Below, piece after piece: positions 9,352-16,556 of a stretch of DNA of 49,736 bases. Made by a program: the position numbers and the translations under genes. Positions within the stretch are counted from its first letter, which is position 1. Every line of letters starts with the position of its first letter. Source of the DNA: Candidatus Bathyarchaeota archaeon (GTDB taxonomy: Archaea > Thermoproteota > Bathyarchaeia > Bathyarchaeales > Bathycorpusculaceae); assembly GCA_963775685.1 (NCBI GenBank), contig CAVZJV010000003.1:1-49736 (forward strand), read 5' to 3'. The notes below the pieces were generated by a model, which was given only the letters and a program-made list of their open reading frames with translations, searched no databases and had not been told where the DNA came from.

Positions 9352-9421
9352 ATCTAATTGAATAACTGAACTTTGGAATTTTGTAAATTGGAGAAAAAAA
9401 AACAAATGAGAGAAAAAAACA

Positions 9422-9592
9422 ATGAACAATCGATACATAACAATAAAAATATCTGGCGAAGAGCATCAAATAAAACAGGCAATCGCCAAAATTGAATCTC
9501 AATTTCCCCTTTGCATAACGGGACAAATAATAAAAAACGGCAACGACGAAAACAGCCACGTTTTTTTAACAGCCGTCATTTTGGAGGCTTAA
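9422..9592 (+). CDS. Small hypothetical protein (56 aa)
   Basis: MNNRYITIKISGEEHQIKQAIAKIESQFPLCITGQIIKNGNDENSHVFLTAVILEA; its 3' end contains the GGAGG RBS of the next gene. Confidence 0.65.
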   Translation: MNNRYITIKISGEEHQIKQAIAKIESQFPLCITGQIIKNGNDENSHVFLTAVILEA

Positions 9593-9595
9593 CTT

Positions 9596-9706
9596 TTGAG
9601 CCTTATTTACACTAACCAAACTGATTTTATTCGCTGTAGATGTGGAGCGACTAATAGCAAATGGCAGGACCGCTGCCGCGTATGCGGAGAATTTCTGGGG
9701 GCGTAG
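9596..9706 (+). CDS. Small zinc-ribbon protein (36 aa)
   Basis: MSLIYTNQTDFIRCRCGATNSKWQDRCRVCGEFLGA (CxC...CxxC); TTG start after GGAGG. Confidence 0.6.
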   Translation: MSLIYTNQTDFIRCRCGATNSKWQDRCRVCGEFLGA

Positions 9707-9708
9707 GT

Positions 9709-11791
9709 ATGACCGAGCAAACTGCCCTTTATTGTCCTATCTGTAACAGCGAACTATCAGTAAGTACAGACGACTTAAAAACAAGATTCTTATAAATGCC
9801 CCACTCATGGCTTCATAACAACTCCAAAACAGGAAACCGACCCAACAATACTAAGTGATCCATTTAGAATAGAAGCTAAAGAAGTAAATGCAGAAAACGT
9901 CCAAGACGCAATCACTAAAGAAATAGCAGCTGCTAAAACAGAAGCAGACAGATTAGAGAAAATACGCTTAGGCCTAGAACAGTTAAGCATAAACCCCGAT
10001 TTAGAAGAGCTGTTTCTATCTGAAATCCATAAAACCGTTAGCTCATACGATGACCATATAGTAAAAATAGGGTTTCATGTGGCCTTATCTACTTTCGGTG
10101 AGCCGTTAAATTTAGCGTTAAAATGTGAATCGGGAGCCGGCAAAACATACAGTACCTTAGAAACTCTGCGTTTCATGCCACCGGAAAACGTGGTTGAAGT
10201 AGGTAGTCAATCCCCTAAAGTTTTCAGCCACCAAAACGGTATAAGAAAAACCGCTGACGGTGAATTATTAGATGAAAAAGATGAACCAAAAAAACCGGTA
10301 GAGAGAGACTTTGCAGACCCTAACTTTGGAATGGGAGACAGCGACAGAGAAGAATTTGCAGAAGCTAAGAAACGCTATGCAGTAGAGAAGCCGTTATGGG
10401 ATGAAAAAGTTAAGACTTCTATTTGGGAAGTCGATTCAAGAGGGATGATCTATTGCTACTTAGAAGGAATCAACCCAGAAACCTTCAAAATGATGAAAAC
10501 CACGATGTCTCACGACGCGCCATACATAGATCATATTTATGTAGATGACAAAGGCAAAAACCATACTACCCGCATAGTTGGGTCTCCAGTTATGATTTTT
10601 AACAGTTTAGACTCCGAATATATTTCGGAATTTGCCACCCGCTGCTTTACCGCTTCCCCTAACACAACCAAAGAAAAAGTGGCTGATGCAAACAGAATAA
10701 CCAATCAAAAAAGCTGTTATCCCTGGTTATATAGCGATGATGTTTTTCATAAACAATTAATTCGAGAGTACATACGCAAAATACGAGACAGTGCAAAATC
10801 TGGAAACTTACACACTATAAATCCCTTTGATGGAATAAACGAGATTTTTAGCAGAGACGCAATACGGGATATGCGTGACTTCAAAAAATATCTGGAGTTA
10901 ATGCCCAGCTTTGCACTCTTTAAACTATTTCAGCGGCCCATAATAACAATTGAAGGCAAACGCTACCTTATCCCAACAATACAGGACGCTTTAGACGCTA
11001 AAGCAGCATACAGCGCTATAATTGAAACCACTAAGATGGGAACAGAAGCGCGTGTACGTGATTTTTACTATAAAGTTGTAGCTGACAAAGTCAACGGATG
11101 CGATGCGGAAACATTAACAGATATTTACAATGATACGCGGGAACATAGTAGAAAAACAACTGTTAAAACCGTGCGTAATTGGCTTAACCGCTTAGAAGAG
11201 TTAGGTTATGTTGACGTAAGAGAAGGCCGCGAACGCAACGAACATGGAAATATCGATAGACGCTTCAATAATTATATACCTATACACCCAGCTAAAAATG
11301 CGCTAAATACGCCCGATTCAGAAACGGGCGCATTATCTGAGGCAATTCTGGAAAAGAACTTTGAAACATGGTTAAATAACGTGTCCTCTATTTCCGCCTC
11401 CCCACCCAATATTATGATGCTACGTATTGATGGAACAGCTAAATTAATCTCTGAAACAGAGCTAAAACAGATAGTATTAAAGAGAAGTATAGAAAAAACT
11501 CTTAACACCCCTCTAAATAAAAGACACGTTTTATTTAACGATACGGGTTCTAATTCGCCAATAGAGCTTGAAAGTACACCCGAATCTAAAAAGGACGTAA
11601 TCGGCGTATTATTAGAGAGTCAAACAGTTAAAGTGGAAACTGTACCTAACCACTTTTGTGGCTCTGATTGTGGACACTTTGATGCTCCCCAATGTCCTTG
11701 GAAAACCAAAAACCTGCCCAAAGAAACCCCGTTGCCTCTAAAATGCAATGGATATGCTGCACCGTTACCAACAAAGGAGGCGATTTTTTGA
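9709..11791 (+). CDS. Replication-like protein: N-terminal Zn ribbon, P-loop NTPase (helicase-like), winged HTH and C-terminal Cys cluster; one frameshift near 9790
   Basis: ATG 9709 MTEQTALYCPIC... joins YKCPTHG by a 1-nt shift and is then open into ORF 10079..11791. Walker A ESGAGKT; wHTH-like TVRNWLNRLEELGYVDV; terminal CGSDC...CPW...C. Confidence 0.7.
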
Positions 11792-12060
11792 GTCACGAAA
11801 GCAAGGAAAAAATAACATTGACAGTTAAGCAAAAGAAGCCCAGAGACAGACTTTTTCAGGTATTAAACGATATTTTAACCTTCGCTGAGCAAAAACGTAA
11901 GATTCCAAACAATAGCGACAAAATCAAGCAAGCATGGAGTCGAATTGCTATAAGCGCTATTTCGACGTATGGGCAGCTTCTCAAAGATTCGGAGTTGGAA
12001 GAAATCGAAGAGAGGCTTTCAAAATTGGAAACTGACAGTGAATTAAAAAAATATCGGTGA
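11788..12060 (+). CDS. Hypothetical element protein with a C-terminal ELEEIEERLSKLE coiled coil
   Basis: TTG start after GGAGG, overlapping the upstream TGA. Confidence 0.7.
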   Translation: MSHESKEKITLTVKQKKPRDRLFQVLNDILTFAEQKRKIPNNSDKIKQAWSRIAISAISTYGQLLKDSELEEIEERLSKLETDSELKKYR

Positions 12061-12067
12061 AAAAAAC

Positions 12068-12388
12068 ATGAGTAGTAAAACTTTCATACAGAGAATAAAA
12101 AAAATTGAACGTCCCACAACAGATCCAAGATGGTTAGTGGCAATTTTCGACGAATCAAAAAATAGCTTTTCAGGCTCTGATCTTGGCGAAGAACCTTTAA
12201 CGCCCGAGGAATTAAAAATCTGGCAGGAAAAACAAGACAAAAACACGCAAATTCTCATAATAGAAGTTGTTGAGAATAAACAAATAAATGTTAAGAACTA
12301 TGTTGACAAAAGCACCTCTGATTTGTTGAAACGTTACGAATCGCTAATCAGAAAATCAGAATCAAATTCGGAGGCTCCCAAGGCTTGA
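12068..12388 (+). CDS. Hypothetical element protein
   Basis: 106-aa ORF with GGTGA RBS and an N-terminal RIKKIE motif. Confidence 0.7.
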   Translation: MSSKTFIQRIKKIERPTTDPRWLVAIFDESKNSFSGSDLGEEPLTPEELKIWQEKQDKNTQILIIEVVENKQINVKNYVDKSTSDLLKRYESLIRKSESNSEAPKA

Positions 12389-12567
12389 TAGGTCAACGAC
12401 ATGATTTCCCCGTAACCTGCTCTTTATGCGGAGCCGAGACCACCTTACCTTTTAAACCTAATCAAGGTAAACCCGTTTTTTGCCGGAACTGCTTTCTGAA
12501 ACAAAAATCTCCCGTCAAGCAATCTAGAGAGTGCGGGTTATGGGCGCGAAGAAAAACGTTTGCTTAG
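12385..12567 (+). CDS. CxxC-x17-CxxC zinc-ribbon protein
   Basis: CSLCGAETTLPFKPNQGKPVFCRNCF. Confidence 0.8.
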   Translation: MIGQRHDFPVTCSLCGAETTLPFKPNQGKPVFCRNCFLKQKSPVKQSRECGLWARRKTFA

Positions 12568-12579
12568 CCCCTTTTTGCG

Positions 12580-12888
12580 GTGCTGTTATCTCAAACATCT
12601 AGGCTAGGCTGCCCAAAAAAATACTGTATTAACTGCAGGCTTTTTCAGAGGCGCTTTCATGAACACCGCCGCTATCTTAAACGAAAGGAAGCCGAGTTTT
12701 CTAGGCTGTCCGAAAAAATGGGTTCGGATTATATCGCTTTGCAGAAACATCTCAAGACCCTTGAAGCGATCTATAGCCAATATCCGGCGATGGCGACAGT
12801 CTGTTCGACCATGAATTTCAAAGAGCGAGAAAGAATTTGCAAGCCCGTGAGGAAACGTGCTTTTGCGTTGCAATATCGTTTAGCCTAG
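12580..12888 (+). CDS. Hypothetical protein
   Basis: 102-aa basic ORF with C...CINC; fills the operon gap, but start signals are weak. Confidence 0.4.
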   Translation: MLLSQTSRLGCPKKYCINCRLFQRRFHEHRRYLKRKEAEFSRLSEKMGSDYIALQKHLKTLEAIYSQYPAMATVCSTMNFKERERICKPVRKRAFALQYRLA

Positions 12889-12998
12889 GTCCGCAGAGGG
12901 GGGGTAGGGGGGTAACGGAGCCTATTTCGGGGTTCTTTTTTAGGTTTAAAGTGATTTTTTGCGGAATTTCAGCCCTATTATGGGGAGTTGTTTAGTTT

Positions 12999-13502
12999 AT
13001 GACGGCCACGGACGAAAAAGAAAAACTGAAAAAAGCGTTTCAAATTCTCGAATACGCGAATCCTGATGATTGAATTAATATTCTTTGTCAGCCGATAACA
13101 GCGGAAAATAAAATGAAATATGCAGATTATCTTTCAAGCGCTAAAAAATTGGTTGAAGCATATTTACATATGAATAGACGAAGATACCGAATATTCCAGA
13201 ATGCCCAGGAGCAAATTATCGATCTTTTGAAATCCAGCGAAATTTTGGAAGCGAAAGCCAAAGCGAAACTCAACCAAAACCCTTATGGTCGTGTAACGCG
13301 AGCCCAAGCTGAAGAGGCCTCCATGATCTCAAGTTTGGCAGGTTATTCTCAGGGAAAAGCAAGTATTTTGATGTTGGGTGCAACCAAAGACGTTTTTAAC
13401 GAAATCATTAAGGCCGCTAACGCGATAGGGTTTCTTAAACAAAAAATTGCGTCTTGGCAGAACACTTTTGAAGTGGATAAAAAAGGAAACATTCAGATTT
13501 GA
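12999..13502 (+). CDS. Hypothetical helical protein with an in-frame TGA at 13071-13073
   Basis: ATG 12999 follows GGGGAG and is in frame with ORF 13113..13502, separated by a single TGA. Confidence 0.55.
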
Positions 13503-13510
13503 ATGGAAAG

Positions 13511-13620
13511 TTTTTGCTTCACTGAAACGCGCGGATCTTAGCGTCCGGGTTTCGTTGACGGCCCGGGGGCTGGTTACCCACAAACGCTTTTCACCTCGGC
13601 GCGCAGCAAAGAAGCAAAAA
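13511..13620. ncRNA. GC-rich multi-stem structure (candidate ncRNA or ssDNA origin)
   Basis: Nested complementary pairs: TTTTTGCTTC/GAAGCAAAAA, CTG-aaa-CGCGC/GCGCGCAG, AGCGT/ACGCT, CCGGGT/GCCCGG and GGG/CCC. Confidence 0.45.
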
Positions 13621-13725
13621 TCTATTAATTTATAATCCATGCCTTTGTTAGTTTTTTGCGCAAATGTGCGTAGATGAAAAGTGTTATATCTCTATTATAC
13701 TGCTTACTTAAATGAGGTTTGTTAG

Positions 13726-14211
13726 TTGGGTTTTCTTGACCATAAAGGCGGAGCAGAATATCCATATTTCAAGGACGATGTTTTTAATGCTCTAATTTAC
13801 GCTGTAAATAAAATCAAAGGAATGAAAATAGAAAAATCGGATAAACTCAGCGGACATATTTTGGTTAAAGCTGGAGCGAGCTTGATGTCTTGGGGCGAAA
13901 ACATCCCCATCTCAGTAGCAGAGATAGCGTATGGAAAAACAAGAGTAGACGTGTTATCCACACCTAAAACTGGAATCCTGTTTGGCGGTGCCTTGGACTT
14001 TGGAAAGAACCGAGGCAACATTGAAAAGATTCTTGAAGGAACCTCCAGAGAACTTAGCAAATACCCTCCAGTGCCGCCTCAGACTTCTCAAAAACTGCCT
14101 GAGGGAGATATATCAGGGCGTCTTCAGAAACTTAAGTCGCTCTTAGACAGCGGTGCCATCAGTAATGATGATTACGAGAAGAGAAAACGCGAAATCCTCT
14201 CTCAACTCTAA
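13726..14211 (+). CDS. SHOCT-domain protein
   Basis: C-terminal RLQKLKSLLDSGAISNDDYEKRKREILSQL. Confidence 0.8.
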   Translation: MGFLDHKGGAEYPYFKDDVFNALIYAVNKIKGMKIEKSDKLSGHILVKAGASLMSWGENIPISVAEIAYGKTRVDVLSTPKTGILFGGALDFGKNRGNIEKILEGTSRELSKYPPVPPQTSQKLPEGDISGRLQKLKSLLDSGAISNDDYEKRKREILSQL

Positions 14212-14239
14212 GACCTGAAAAGAGGCAAAAATCAAAAAA

Positions 14240-14954
14240 ATGAAAACCAAAATTCTTCTTACCCTGTCCCTAATCATTTTCATCGCAACAGCCGCGGCTA
14301 TAAGTACCCTACCGTCTGCTCAAGCTGAAAACTGGCAAACAGTCAAAACAATAACGGGGTCATCCGACCAAACCACAAGCACCTTCACCATTACCGCAAA
14401 CGAGTGGCGAATACAATGGAGTTACACCCCGGACCTAAAATACCCTCAGTATTCAGGTTTTTACTTTTTTGTTTATCCAAAAGGTGAAACATCACATTAT
14501 GTCAGCCATGTTTCTGCTGGAGACACCCAGACCAGTAACACTGAGTACATCTACGAGGGAAAAGACAGTTACTACTTGAAAATCCTAAGTGCAAACATTC
14601 CAAGCTACACCATCACTATACAACAAAACCAAGTCAGCAGTTCCACCACCAATCCCACTAACACCTCAAACACCTCAAGCACAGAAATCCCAATGTCGGG
14701 CTTAGTAGGCCTGCTCGTAATTATCATAATAATAATTGTAATTGTAGTATTACTAATGAGCCGAAAAAAAACCCATCCCCCGGTGGTTCAATCCCAAACT
14801 ATGCCTCCCCCACCGCCGACTAATGTCTCTCAAAACAGTTCTGGAGGCGATATAGCAGGGCGTTTAGACAAGCTTAAGGGTCTCCTTGATAGAAATCTCA
14901 TAAGCAAGGAAGAATACGAGAATAGGAAAAAGGGAAATCCTCTCTCAAGTTTAA
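14240..14954 (+). CDS. Signal-peptide, single-pass membrane protein with a C-terminal SHOCT domain
   Basis: Signal peptide, beta-rich ectodomain, Ser/Thr linker, TM helix, Pro-rich linker, then SHOCT. Removing one A from the run near 14930 gives RKREILSQV*, matching the upstream paralogous tail. Confidence 0.8.
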
Positions 14955-14977
14955 ACGTGTATGGTCTCGTTGCTTCT

Positions 14978-16474
14978 TCATTGGTTTGCTTTACTAAGTT
15001 TCTTTTCTAGTTCAAGAACCCGCTTAAGCAACGCTTCTATACCTGATTTATCTGCTTCGATCCTGTTAACTTTCACTTGCAACTCTCCTATTTGCTGATC
15101 CTTCTTAGATCCATTCTGAATTAATGCATCAATTATTTGCTCTTTAGACTGGATTTTTTCGCCTAATTCTTCAAGTTTCTTTGTGTCTAAATTCTGGTTT
15201 GAAAACACGTTGAGAGCCGGATCAACCTTTAAGTATTGAGTTCTGAAATACTCGGGATACACTTCTGGGCTTTTGTCGTATCCAAGTTTCTCTGTGGAGT
15301 GCCCAATAAAGAACTCAGCTACAGGAAAATCTAAACCAGCCACAGTGCAAGCGGTGCGGAAGGTGTCTCTTAATTCGTGGCAGTGGAAGCGGTAGCGAAC
15401 CTCAGAAGGCTTCCCATATTTGCGGCTTTCCAACCCTGAAGAAAACGCTAAATTATTGAATGCTACGCTTAGGCTTTGCTTCTGAACTGGGTTTCTCTGG
15501 GAAGTAATAAACAGGGGGTCTCCAGCTTTAACAGGTTGACCCGTAAGAGTCTGCCTAACGTGAAGCCAACTCTGCAAGGCTTTAACAGCGTCTAAACCTA
15601 AGAAACTGTAGTATCGAACTTGGGTTTTTACTCGGTAGAGGCTGATCTTCACTGGGGCTTTAGACAGATCCCAAAGGTCAGGGTTTTCTCCTCCAAGTTG
15701 CTTGGCTATTTCGCTCCAGCAATTAAAATTAAAATGCTCAGTGAAAGTTGAACGATCCATACCGCTCTGCAGCATACAAAGGAAAACCGCTTTCATTCTC
15801 GGGTCAGCGTTGGTTAACAGTTGCCTTACTTCGTCTAAAGTGATAGGTTGCTGAGTTACAGTGTGCCTTGGCTCTTTATCGTTGAAGCGTATAACGTAGC
15901 TTGGCAACTCTGCTTTGTTGTGTTTGTAGAAGCTTCGGATGGCTGTATAGGTGCTTTTCTTTTTGGATGCTGGAAACCCTTTCTCGTCTAAGTAGTCTTC
16001 TATCATGTTGATGTGTTGGTAGCGGTCTTTGTCGTTTTGGGCAAACTGCTTATGCTCAAGCATAGCGTCAGCTGATTCAAAGTATCCTTTAGCTTTAACC
16101 CAGATGACATATTCAAGGAATAAATACAGGAATTTCTCTTTGGTTTCTTCGCTTCTAAGCCGCTTTAGCCAAGCTTTTATTGCTGGTGAACTCTCGACTT
16201 GTTCACGCTTAAGCTTAGATGCTGGATACTCTTTAAGGTCTAAAATCGAGTTCGCTAAGCCTTTGCTCTTCAACCGATACAACACAACATCAGCTGCTTT
16301 CCTGTTGGCTCTACCGTGCTTGTATCCGATTATTGTGATTAACTCATCTATGTTGAAGACTTTGTTTGGTTGAGCTTTCAAAGCGTTTAAGCATATTCGC
16401 TGTTTCTTCTGAAGATGCTCAGAAGTGTCTTTAACAAACTTCCAGCCTACTACTTCCTTTTTCATCCAAACCAC
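14978..16474 (-). CDS. Tyrosine recombinase / site-specific integrase
   Basis: SAM-like core-binding domain (AIRSFYKHN), QSGMDRS, RVKT, HELRDTF, FFIGH and LGY motifs; adjacent to the right att site. Confidence 0.92.
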   Translation of the reverse strand: MVWMKKEVVGWKFVKDTSEHLQKKQRICLNALKAQPNKVFNIDELITIIGYKHGRANRKAADVVLYRLKSKGLANSILDLKEYPASKLKREQVESSPAIKAWLKRLRSEETKEKFLYLFLEYVIWVKAKGYFESADAMLEHKQFAQNDKDRYQHINMIEDYLDEKGFPASKKKSTYTAIRSFYKHNKAELPSYVIRFNDKEPRHTVTQQPITLDEVRQLLTNADPRMKAVFLCMLQSGMDRSTFTEHFNFNCWSEIAKQLGGENPDLWDLSKAPVKISLYRVKTQVRYYSFLGLDAVKALQSWLHVRQTLTGQPVKAGDPLFITSQRNPVQKQSLSVAFNNLAFSSGLESRKYGKPSEVRYRFHCHELRDTFRTACTVAGLDFPVAEFFIGHSTEKLGYDKSPEVYPEYFRTQYLKVDPALNVFSNQNLDTKKLEELGEKIQSKEQIIDALIQNGSKKDQQIGELQVKVNRIEADKSGIEALLKRVLELEKKLSKANQ

Positions 16475-16501
16475 TGAAAGAGTACTATGTCAGACCCAAT
16501 A

Positions 16502-16546
16502 TTAAAACGTGTTTACCACGACGTGGAGGTCCGCATTTATCTGCAT
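16502..16546 (-). pseudogene. Stranded native 5' end of the PHP gene (MQINADLHV, then VVNTF* from element DNA)
   Basis: ATG 10 nt after the metG stop, with GAGGCG RBS; matches the PHP N-terminal motif up to the att core. Confidence 0.88.
16521..16531. repeat. Right attachment core ACGTGGAGGTC
   Basis: Identical to 6982-6992; 46 nt from the integrase start. Confidence 0.9.
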
Positions 16547-16556
16547 TAATTCGCCT

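Larger units (their letters stand above)
6982..16531. mobile_element. ~9.5 kb integrative element (plasmid- or satellite-like) with a tyrosine integrase, inserted in the 5' end of the PHP gene
   Basis: 11-bp direct repeat at both ends; integrase next to the right end; replication-like P-loop protein, RHH regulator and small ORF cluster; visibly AT-richer left half. Removing the element restores a metG-PHP gene pair. Confidence 0.92.

Noticed and set aside
13071-13073. Selenocysteine recoding of the in-frame TGA, with 13511-13620 as a SECIS
   Set aside because: The context (NPDD*INIL) is not a redox or metal motif, and nothing in the window shows Sec machinery. A nonsense mutation or base error is simpler.
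13329-13640. ORFs 13329..13640 (-) and 13447..13635 (+)
   Set aside because: They overlap a better gene and the GC-rich structured segment, have no RBS and have an implausible composition.
14955-15010. C-terminal extension of the SHOCT membrane protein overlapping the integrase
   Set aside because: It is explained by one extra A in a homopolymer; the corrected end matches the paralogous tail and removes the overlap.
6982-16531. Casposon or complete provirus
   Set aside because: No family B polymerase, terminal inverted repeats, intact Cas1, capsid, portal or large terminase was recognised; the boundaries are explained by the tyrosine integrase.
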